DNA of 64,000 nt from Phoronis australis (taxonomy: Eukaryota > Animalia > Phoronida): contig NMRA01000687.1 in NCBI GenBank assembly GCA_002633005.1, forward strand, positions 62,001-126,000. Reading direction: 5' to 3'. This document shows, in pieces, positions 40,901 to 52,900 of the stretch. The number at the start of each line of letters is the position of its first letter. Positions within the stretch are counted from its first letter, which is position 1. Position numbers and translations under genes: made by a program. A model generated the notes under the pieces. It was not told the origin of the DNA. It searched no databases and saw only the letters and a list, made by a program, of their open reading frames with translations.

Positions 40901-43900
40901 CCAAGACCGCTTTCAAAAAGTTCTTTAAGTGGTCTAAATGAAACAGTATTTTTTCGAGGGAAAGCAAAGCCTGTGGATGGAAAGCTGGTAAGATAACCTA
41001 CATAGCTTCATGTAAATGCATTTTTGTAAATGCAGTGTGCCAGTTTATAATTTAGCTGTGTTACTTTATGCATTTAACCTTGTGGTCTCTACCTTTTGCT
41101 CTAAGGAGGATTCCAGGCTGTCCTTTATTGAAAGATTGTGTTACAGCCGGATTTCCACGATTAACTTTTTCAAGAACTGTGCTGTGGGGATTGTGGTCAC
41201 CACGCGTGCGGGGTCTTAATTTTTGGGAAAGAGTAGATCTTGGAAGGGTTCGATGGCCGAGTGAATCTTGTTATCTTATTTGTGTATGCTCAGATACTTG
41301 CACATACTGTTGAGGCAAGTGACTGTACTAGAAAGGCCAGTCTTTGTACTGCCTGACAAGTCATGTTAAGGTTGTCTAGGACCCTAGAAAAATGTCCAAA
41401 TTTGGCCAACTTTGGAACGTCATATTTCAGAGATGGCTGGTCGGATTCATATGTAGCTTTCACGTTATATGTTTTATGCACTGTCGTCCAAAATGACGCT
41501 ATGTGTTGTTTTTATTGTGTTCCACTTTTGTATGATGGACTATCAAAAAGTTGCACTTTTGTAATTTTCATGTAAAAAGTAAAAAATTGCAAAAAATGAA
41601 AACAAATATGATAATTTAGAAAACTAACATTTTGTGGATTTCATTACATTAAACAAAATTTGGTCATGTTGTTACCGGTACCATCATGGCTTCGTTTTTG
41701 TGCTAAATTTTACTCAAAAGGCATGGTCACATGACCCAATTATTTCATATTAATAAAAATCAACATTTGCATGCTACAGGATTTCTGCTTTATGAAAATA
41801 TCTACTTTTACTGACTTATGTTGTCTTGTCGATATTTGACTAAACACTCAGATTTGTCAATAAGGTCCTATGTAAACTTAATCCCACTTGGCTTAGCATT
41901 ACAACAGTTACTACAGATGAAAATTCTCTATTAAACAAGGAAGGATATAGTTATGTTTTGATAAAATTAACAAATTTTCAAATTAAATGTCATGGAAATT
42001 AGGATATGTCCTGTGAAATTATATTCTCCCTAAAATGTTTTCAACTAGGATGTAAAATGTATTTTCAGCACAGCTCTCTTGATTTAACCAGTCTGTTCTA
42101 AACATTGTATTTTTGCGTATTAAGCCCAATATCCAAAATATTTACATCAAGGAATTTTTTGCTCGAGTATTTCAGGTGCACACCTACATATTACAGATAG
42201 ATGCAGGCGTCTATCGTTTGTGCATGTCTTAATACGGCATTAAATGGAAGCTTTTTGTCAAAACAAGTTTAAATTTAGGCCTGACTTACAGTTATAAAAT
42301 TGATCTCAAATTGTTCCTTACTTAGTTCAGTGAACTTTGATCGCCGGAGAATAGTCAGGTCAGAATAGTCACGGCGTTATTTCTGCTGACCAAACTAATA
42401 AAATTTCACGTCTCCCCGTCGCCTGAAATTTGAGCGAATTTGTCTGAAAGAATAACAAACTTTCAGTTCTTTCTTCGACTGAGGAACAATTTGGCTTAGA
42501 TCAAAACCTGATTTTTGACAGATAGCACGGGTGCTGTGACTTTAAGCCGGTGCTTTCGCTCGAAACCCCCTCTTTGAACTGGCTGCGTACTTACGTTACA
42601 AGGTTTTTGTCCATTCTTGGTACTTTTCGTTAATTGCTGCCATGTCCAATACATGTCATGTCTATCATTTTGTAAATTGTAGTGAATAAATCATGCTACT
42701 TTCATAAGACTTTAAAAGCTGCTCCTTGCTTTCACTCCAATGTTTCACATGGGGCTAATCCGGTTATAATACAAATTCATTGAGTAGATGGTAATTAGGC
42801 TTGAATACGTGCTTGAATGATCGGTAGAAGAGCGATATGTATGACAGGATGCTTAGGTATTGTTTGGCAATCTGTCAATTTCACTTTCATGACCCCAAGT
42901 CACAATTGGTGTTTTCGTGTTTGATTTCTTTATCAGTTTCTTAGCAATAATGAGTACTTCCTGTAACGAGAAAGATGAAAGCTGTTCTGGCCATCAAGGA
43001 AGAAAACTTATATTTCAGGATTAACGACGTAGCTTTATTTAAGTATTGACTTAAACTATACTGTACAATTTCTATGCCTTGAGTCAGACTGTTTATGTCG
43101 TATGCTGCCTCAAAACAGGTGAGAAACTAATTAAGATCTTTGATAATTGTCAAGGATCCAAATTTCACGATTCTTTAATATGAAAGTATCAATCTTTAAG
43201 AATTGTTGCTTGATTCTTTTAGGGTTAATAAAAGGCTCTAACCCAAAAGGCACGCGACGTGTTGCCTCTCAGTTGTACGAGACCACGACCCCACAGCTCA
43301 TCCACAGACAGGGACCGACGTCAAAACGGGTGTCAGCGCCACTTAGCAAAATCCATTATGACCCAGTGGCTGTGAAAGAAAGACCAGAAAGAATTGTTGA
43401 GGTGAAGTGTGCTGAAGCAGGGATATAACTTTCATTGGAGTGTTGAATTTTTTTGATGCTCTGTGATTGCTTAAAATTTGTATTGAATAGTGCTTATTGC
43501 AGAGCAGCTGAATGCCGGTGGCACCTTCCCAATTTTAGATGGATCCATTGTAGTTTCATTGTGCCCCCTGGTGATCATTTTTGTCATGTTTGAATGTTTT
43601 TGGCGTCCACTTCTCCATCTGCCACACAACTTGAAGGATCGTCATGAAACTTGGCAGATATGTTCTTAATGAGGAGAGCACAAATAACATTGATTTTTCT
43701 TTGGTTTCCATTACTGTGGTGTTTTTTTTTAATTTTGATTTAATTTATTGATGTCTGTTGAGGAAAGCATGGCCGATGTTGATTTTTGGACTAATCTGAC
43801 TACTGTGGCACCCCTCAGTTGCAAATTGTCAGTTCTGTGACGGATTTTCATCTAATAAATAAAGGACAATATTGACAATTATTTATGAGAACACAACTGC

Positions 43901-46900
43901 TGATTTTTGAATGGATCTGTCTATCTTGGAAATATCTGATAAACTTAAAGCACTCTTTACTGTTTGTGATGCACACATTGAGCACATCTCAACATCAATC
44001 TGTATTGCTCTTGTTGGATTTTGAAGTGTCCTGTTGATGAAAATTCAATCAGCATTTAATGTTTTAGTTTTTGATTTTTGTCGGTCGCCAACTTGACTCA
44101 TTTTTAAATTGACCTCAGGCATGCAGCACTTCAGATTCAGCCCTACGAAAAATTACAGGATACGTTTCTTCGCCGTCAACAGTTCGATATAACATACCCA
44201 CGTTCTTGAAATGCGGGTTCGGACTATTAGCCTTTCGCCTACAAAATTACGAAAATTAAAGTCTCATCTTCAGGTTGGCGATACTCAAGTCATGTTGCGT
44301 CCAAAGAAGGCAAGCGATGCCCCGCGGTCAACAGGTGTTGACACTATTCAGGGGGAGTCACCAGCTAAAGATGATGTCCTTGATGATGATGCTGAATGGG
44401 CGCAGGTAAGGTACCGGGTCAGAGTGTTGCTTAGCAACCATACACCTATGCCTTATGTCCACTCTGCTTGAGAGGCCCATATTTCATCTCAATGTAAATT
44501 CTTAAGAGCTAAAGTTCATTTTGTTTCAATCTGTATATTTTACATGACATAATTTTGTTTATATTAAGCTTATGATCAGCTGAGGTTGTGTTCCCATCTT
44601 GGACTTGTCTACAGTAATGCAATGTAACTGGAGTTATTGGTTTAAAATGATTGTGACATTGGGCTTGAATCATTTTCAAAAATCCTGTCATTAAACGTTC
44701 TGGGTGTTTTACAGATAGCTGTCATTGTATCAAGTTTTGGGGGTCATTTGAGTATGACTCCTGTTCACGCTACTAGCAAATTTTCGGTATACACAGGTAT
44801 AATCTCACATTGCACCTTGGGGAATCTGCATGTTTACCCTGCCACCTATTGTTAACTAAGGAAGGCTCTTAGTGCTGCCATCTATTATTAGTTAATGCAT
44901 CAAACTTTGAAGGGCCATGTTTGGCTGTGGTTGTGTTACCTTAAACAATAACATTTTTAGAGGTATTAGTTTTTACATTAGCTGTGCTGTACCAGCATTT
45001 ATTTTGGCGGTTAGCTGCTTCCATTAGGTATAAATTGCATGGTGATTCGAGTTCATCCATTCGAAAAATTCTAACCATTCTGTTATTGATCAAAAAGAAT
45101 TGTTTTTAATCCTTAACAGTGAACTCACATGTGGGTTTCTTGGATGTTGAAGGGCCAGGTTTCAGAGATTGGCTGCTTATTTCCCACTACTTTAAGAAAC
45201 TTTACAAAGCTTCAATCTTCAGAGCCTAGTGGAACTCTAACTTGTATACTGTTCTTGCCTGTCTTGTTATAGACTTTGTAGAAAGCTTTCATGCATCGAA
45301 GGTTGTCGGTCGGCTTCTCTTCTGAATCTGTTCTTACCGAAATGTTTATGGCACCGACTTATATCTGTGTGGTTAAGTTATCAAAAAGTGTTAGCCTGTT
45401 GCTCCACTCAGGATACTTAGAGAATTCACTAAATATAGAATTCTTGCAAGTCGAGTTTAAGGATAATTGGAGAATAGAAAGTCCCATACCATACACCATG
45501 TCTCTTGCACATGCAGTCTGTTCTGTGCACAGACAGCACAGCAACTGTTGTTCATAAGCAACTGGGACCATTGGAGGGGAATGGCTATTATTAGGGAGAA
45601 AAAGGGCTGCTAGGGCCTCACTAAACAACAAGACTTCACGAGTTTATGCAAGACTGCCCGAGAGCATGTGATTTTGGCTAGATTTTTCTCGCTGCGATAC
45701 GGGCTACTGAACTCTACTAAGCATTTGTGGTTGAACTATTAGTTTTGGCTGCACATGTAACCCACCTATATTGATGCTTTGGGATTATAACACTTTGCAT
45801 TCTCATTTTCCATCGTTATTCTCTGCAATGGTGTATAGTCGGGGAAAATTAAGCTTAAAGGGGAAGACAGTGACAGTGATTACGCAGCATTTTTCCCCTT
45901 GGTTACAGGAAAAAATATTGAGTAATCGTGTATTGGTACATTTTGTAGATCTAAGCGATTCTAGAAATTCACATGTGGCCCACTCAATAGGGAAGATGTG
46001 GCAGTCTCCCTCCTGGTAGAGTTAGTGGAAATGAACCGCGTAGTATTTTATTGCGTCACAGAGAGCCCAAATGCATTGAAATCACCCTAAACAATGAATA
46101 CTGCTGCTTAGTTCTGTAGTAAGACACGCCGTTTTTGTAGAAATGTAATATATCTGCGTTAAATTTTACTTAAATTTAGACCGCAATAAATAATTTTACC
46201 GAAGGTAGTGTTCTCTGGCTAGTGTTCAAAAGCGAGGGAACGACTTTGCCTCACTTCTCCCTCAACTACACCTCTGATTCTCTGTCACAACTCAACCAAC
46301 TGCTTTAAGCCTCACTCTGCTTTCCATATTTTTTGCTTAATTTATCAGTTATTCTGCATATAGCCCGTATCTCCACATATATATATATGCATGGCTTTTG
46401 ACTTTTGCACGTTGCAGATTGCAGACATTATGGCCTCTTTTGGGGGTGGAATAGCAAGAGAGTCCGTGTTTTTACGCGACTTTGGCGACTCGGTCAAGGA
46501 GTTTTTATCAGGTACTGTGGTGTTATGAATTGACACCGGAATTTGTGGGTGAATCTGTATTGATCAGATTTTTGTTTTAATTGACTATACTCCATTACAA
46601 CTTTCTCTCATTCAATGATCATTTCAGATGGGAACTGTGTGAAAACATAATGAGATCTTTCTCCTTTGTTAAGTGGTTGGGGCTCTAGCCCATGCACGCA
46701 TACCAAGTGGAAAGATTCCACACGGAACTCTCTATCTTTGAGCACAAAAACAATTTTTGTTTGACCCAATTTAAAACTCTGATGGTCAAAACAAGCATGG
46801 TTATAATGCAAACAAAATCTTTTTTGATTCATGGACAGTTAGGGATATTTAATATGAATCATTTGAATGTCCGCTATGCAATACAACACATGATGGCATG

Positions 46901-49900
46901 ATGTCAGCAAAGAATTTTAAAATAACCGTCCTAGTTACTTGTAGATTGAACGTGGCGTTGCAAGTTTGCATACAAAATGCTCCGTCACCATCTAGCAACC
47001 CAGAAAATTTCAACACGTTTTATGTGAAACCTTGTGGAAACCATTTTAACTTTTCTTCTTTGTTACTGAATTCTGACATTTAATTTTGAAATGAAGGTAC
47101 TGCGCAGATATTTTTCTCTCTGACAAATCTTTATAATGTGCTCTAAACAGTGCTTTAATTTTTTAACCATGATTTCCTTGATGTCTTGTTTTCTCGCCAA
47201 TTTCAGGTGGAAAAGTGATTCAAAGTGTTGGTGACTGGCTAGATGACATTGGGCTCCCGCAGTATGAAAACACGTTTGTGGCAAATGGTTTCGATGACAT
47301 GGACTTCCTGGTATGTGAAGGATGATGGCTAACGACATCTATTGGCAGACTTTTGCTCTGCCATATTTTCTAAATCTGCACTGCTGACAATATTCATTAT
47401 AACAGCTAAGAATCATTTTGAAAAACCACCAAAGGGATCCAAAGGGCCTTTCCTGCCTGCTCTACTATATTACATGACATGTTGACATTTAGTAAATTAT
47501 GGAATTTAATTTATGGATAAAGAAATGAAGTCAGTGTCACACCGTGTATTTCAAAAACAAGAAAAACTACTATGCAGCCCCCATTACCAGAACAGAATGA
47601 TAACTTTTAGTCATAGACACAACTTATAGGCTTTTATTGAATTTTGTTCTTTATACTGAGATTACAATTATATTTTTCCACTTATTTGGCACAAAATAAT
47701 TGCCGATTTTTTTTTCTGTTATTCAAAGGCCGGTTATTGAAATTTTACCAGGATGTTGTCTTTTGGTATCTGCACACTACAAGCGAAGCTAGCAATAGTT
47801 TGAAATTTTATTAGTCTTTAATTTCATTGAAAAATTTGGCAAAATATACTCACTTTTCCGGTGCCATATATTGTGCGTCAAATTGAAGAAATCTTTTCTT
47901 GTGAATAACTTGTTATTTCTTATCTCAATTAGTTGGGTTGGCGAGGAGCACAAAATGAAGGTGCAGTATTTTTCATAATAAATTGTACAGCGTTTAAAAT
48001 CAACAAAATTTCAGTGCACCACACTGCGACGAAATATCCATTTTATTTCAACTAGTCTTTTTGCAAATCTCAATAGTCAGTCTTAGTTGATAGATGTTCC
48101 ACACACATGTCGAAATCGCAACAAATTACTGGACAAGTCCATTCATAAACTGACTAGTAACAACCAGGCTCAAAATATCACATAAAACTTGTACAAAAGT
48201 TTGTCAAAAACGCTACTATTGTGACTTAAATATGTCTACATTGCCAAATAATTCTGGAGAGATGTTCATCCAAGTTTGGTGGAGTCTGGCAGTTTTTTGG
48301 AAGTCTGTTTTTTTTGAAAACTACTGTACGAGTTAGTATGCCAGGCGAGGAAGCAGTGTGGCCCAGTGTGATTGGTGCTTTCTTTACTCGAGGTCATGGG
48401 TTCGGGTCCCACTGGTCCACACTGCTAGACCCTTGAGTCAGGTTTCTAGGTCCTCAGCTCGGTTTTATCTATATATTGTTAAAGCACAAAAATGGTTCCA
48501 GGTGATAAGTGCCATGTGCCCACATGAGCAGCCTGCACACGTCTGGTATAATTTGTCAGTTGATTTACATTTCCACTGCCAGTGAGTTCACGCTGTTAAT
48601 GTTTCAGGGAAGCAATGTTCTGGATGAAACTGACTTAATTACCATTGGTGTTACGAACGTTCAGCATAGAAAGTCTATTTTATTGGCAGCTCAAAGCAAA
48701 CCACCTGTGATACCAATTGGTGAGTTGAGTTTTATTTTTCAATGTATATTATGATATGCGAACAAATACAAAAATTATACATAAGTTGTTTTGTGGCATC
48801 TGTAAATTACAAACCATGATATTAAAAGACTACAATTTTCTTAATTTTCATTTTTGTGAAGAAATTTGACAAAATGAAATTTCACTTGTTGGCCATATTG
48901 TGTGCTACATAAGTGAAGAATTAGAACATTTCATGGTTCACTGCACCCAAGGAAGGAGGAACTGAATTTGGGATGTGCCTATAGTTTTCTTCCGATTCCC
49001 TTGAGGATGTTACAAAAAGTTCTAAGAAACTATCCATCTTCAAGGAAGCGGTGGCTTTAATTTGAAACTTACCTCAGTCTGTTATTTCACTCATGATCTT
49101 TTACTGACCGTGGCTTTGTTTACAGATGATGACAACATGCCGTCGTCGGTGGAGGAGTGGTTACAGTCGTTACGATTATCCGACTACAAGGATAGCTTCT
49201 TAGGCAGTCACTACACGAGCATGGAGAGAGTGCGGAAAATATGGGAGTTGGAACTAAATGTAAGCAGTTTCTTTGGATTGTTTGTTATTATAGTGTGTGT
49301 TTTTTGGGTCAAGTTATCGTATTTACCCTGGCTGACACCCGTAGTTACACAGCCTCTCCTTATTTGCCAAAACTTTCATTTCAAACACCCATGCTATGTT
49401 GCACTTTTAGTTCATTTTAGTACCATATCTAGTTCGTTTACTTACAATTGGCAGATGGTCACTCACAACTGCAATGTTTTGTCCTTTGACCAATGCGAAA
49501 AGGCGTGCTATCCAAGTTTGGCGTGATGTTATCACGGTTGATCTGTCATTTTCAAATTTAGTCCATAGAATTGTGAGACTTGAGTTATTTCCAAGAATAG
49601 TCACTGTTTCTACTCTGTTGGCAAGCAGACGTAATAAAATTATGCTGAAGGGCATTGTTGTTGATATTACATCGTTATGTCATAGTTACGTCGTCACAAT
49701 CGTTGAGGGGTCATAATGACTTCTTAATGGTGCACACGACTTGGTGCTTTACAAGAAAACAAATAATGGGTTAAAATCACCAATTTTGGACAAAGATAAT
49801 TGCTAAAATCCCCTTCTGTGTTTTTCAGGGGCTTCTAACATAGGCCCACAGCTTCTTAAAACATCGCCATATGATAGCTATGGTACAGAAGTTGATCACA

Positions 49901-52900
49901 AAAAACCATTAATTTTGGTGCAACGTGTCTTTTATGGAAAAATAGGAAAGTACAGTACTGTTTCACTTGTCGGCCATATTGTGTCCTAAATTGGTGAGGT
50001 TTTACCCTACGTTGTGCGGGTGAAAAGTTGTAATGTTTTTTGTTGTTGTATATTGCAGGTTCTGGACATAACAGTATTAGGTCACAAGAAGAGAATTCTA
50101 GCCTCATTGGGTAACAGGCTGGGAAGTGAGAGAGTCCAATCATTCCATTCATCAGATAGCCTAGTATGTATAGGTCTTTGCCTGCAGAGGGAGTTAGTCT
50201 CGGTATTGACTTAGGTAGCATTTTCTATCCCGTGTGTTCTCTTCTATGTAATAAGAAAAGGGTGCTACTGCATGCTCATGCAGTTTCTTTGCAACTGGGG
50301 TAATGGGTACCTGAGATAATGTTAACCCGGATTAAAACAGTACCACTTTTAGCTGACCAATTTGGCGGTGCACCTCTACCAATAACTCTAAGGTGTTCCC
50401 TGAGTTTTCGTCATTTGGTTTTTGGTACCTTATCCCGGTTTCCATGTGAATGTGTTGGTTTGGGTTTGAAATCTGTGGCTAGTTCCACATCTGTTATTTG
50501 GAAAAAGATGTCCCTGCGAACAATTGTATATGGTGTAGAGAAATGAAGATTGACGAAAAATATTTCTTCATCTTTGTGTGGTTAATTCACTAATTTTGAG
50601 GCATAAACATATACAGTCCATATTAGACTGGTCTCTGCTGTCTCTTTTGACATAGCGAAAAGACATCATGATTTCAACACGAAAGCCAAAACTCCAAACT
50701 GACTTTTCAGTCAAAAATTAGGAGATCCTTTCAACTGTCAACAGAGGGCACACCTTGTGCTTGTGATCAAGGATACAATTACTGTGGTGCAGTTTTATTG
50801 TCTTTACATGAAGGGACATTTTCCTGCTATACGAGTTTCACTCATTTAACAAGCAAAGTTATTTTAAAGCTAGATCTGGTCCAGTTTAGCTTGCTAAAAT
50901 TGAATTAGGTCCTTTATTCTCACCAAAATTGGTCTCATAATATTCCTTGCCATGACAGGATTCTTTTTCCATTATTAACCGGAACATCGAAGTTGCCAAC
51001 GACTCAAAGATTTTATTTGGATTGGTCAACCCTAAAATGGTGCTTATGTCCACATTCACATGTGACTTAAAATTATGAATTTGGAAATGAAAACGGCGCT
51101 TTTTCGCGTTGCCTGTTGGTGACAGAAATAGAACCCTATCACGCCAAGGAATATTTCGAGACCAACGTATAAGAGTAAAGGGATCAAATTCTATTTTTGT
51201 TTTTAGAAAGTTTAACAGAGCGAAATTCTGCTTTAATCTTGTGAAACAAAGAGAAGTTATAATGTATATTTGACTATGAGGCCATCTTTACTTACAGGAC
51301 TGGAGTTGTAGTCCACTGACGGCTGTTACCAAGTCTAGCGAGGAGGAAAGTCTTGCATCGTCGACGGAGAAAGACCTCGATCTCTTTAAGGACTACTCAG
51401 GGGTCAAACCAAAATATGATGCCAGCTCGCAAATGCACCAAAAATCACCAACGGAAAACGAAAAATTGAAATTTCCTTCCATTCCAGCGAAAAAAGAGCC
51501 TTCCAGGCCGGTAAGTAGATCATCCCTTGTACCACTAACGAACAATTTACTGTCGGTGGGGGGACCGGTACCATGAGTTGAGAAAAATCAGGAAGGTCTT
51601 AAGTTGCGTATATAATTTGTTAGTTAGGTTCCTTAAAAATGTCTATTTCCTGCCTTCAGAACACCATACAGTGTATCTCTGACTAGGCTGATTGGATTCA
51701 TATGAAACTTTTTCAGATGCTATGCATTGTGCAATGTTCTCCACAACTTGGTTAGGAATTGTTTTTTAAAATGTTCCACTCTTTTATGAGGGTCTATCAA
51801 AACATCAGGCTTTTATGATTTTCACTGATGAAAATATCAAAAGTTGGATGAAATGAAAACTTTATGATAATTTAGAAGACCATAACAGGGTTTTGAAATT
51901 TCATCTTGAACATTTGTTTCAAATGAGATTTGATAATATTGTTTTGCTATAAACGTTCTTTCCTTTTTTGTTAAATTTCCCTACTAAAAAGAATGGACAT
52001 GTGACCCAATTAATAGCAGATTGGCAATAAGTCAAAGTTCAAACTCTACAAGCTTTCTACATTCAGTGTTTCAAGTGAGTTAAAAGCTGTAGTTATTTAG
52101 ATATTTGGCTATTGAAATAAAAAAATCTTGTCAATAAGGTTCTACATAACCCCAACAAGCTCTAAACCGTTTGATTCTAAGGTCGTAGGTTAATCTCCTA
52201 GCTTGCAATGTGCAGGCCCAGAAATGACTCAGTAAACTGGCTGAAAATGTTGCGACACACTCCTCAATGGACATTCCCGAAGCAGCTTTACATCTCGTCT
52301 CTCTGGTAACCATCACTGCAGCCTGATAGATTATTTTTACCTACAGCCAGGAGATGGCGTCGAGAGTGACTTCTTGCGTATTCGTCCTCCTCAATTGACT
52401 GCCATGCAGAGTCCTATCAAACAATGGCGACACAAGCCCGAAGTTCTCATCAAGGGTTGTTGCAACTATTCCTCACAGGTAGGTCACATGACTGAAAAAT
52501 TGATCACATGAAAGCAAATAACAAGCATTTTAGCCAACAATGTCATATTTACGGCATTAAAATCATCAGACACCTAAAAGGTGGATACCGCAGACCAATC
52601 AAACACTAGAATATTGATAGTCACGAAATGAAAAGGGGACAGGAAACAGAAAATCAGCACCAGAGTTTTAAGTTGGAAGTGCTATAATTCGAAGAAACTC
52701 AAGGTATGCTTAGAATCAAGAATGTGCAGGCTCTCTGTAACTGAGTGTGTAGGGTATGGCGTCTAGAATTGTCTCTGGGGTTATCAAAGTCATTAGTCAT
52801 GTTTGGAAATTGAGAAGTGGTTAACATTGAAAGTTGAAAACTTATTTATGGTAGAAAATACTCGACTCAACAAGAGCTCAATGCAAAATACTCATCATTT

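Noticed and set aside
43095-43118. Short first exon ending at strong donor cag|gtgaga
   Set aside because: Available ATGs give phase 0 or 2, incompatible with the phase-1 acceptor at 43223; it could only be non-coding.
44119-44273. 5' extension of the 44274 exon from the acceptor at 44118
   Set aside because: All three frames contain stops before 44274.
45855-46308. Second Kolobok-like non-autonomous element starting ttaaagggga
   Set aside because: Matching right TIR too degenerate to support.
48349-48420. Second tRNA gene
   Set aside because: A/B-box-like motifs but no cloverleaf; better explained as a SINE head.
49250-50070. SAM2 seems one residue short at the WELELN|VL junction, suggesting a hidden 3-nt microexon
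   Set aside because: Based on remembered alignments only; no convincing microexon site found, and a simple deletion explains it.
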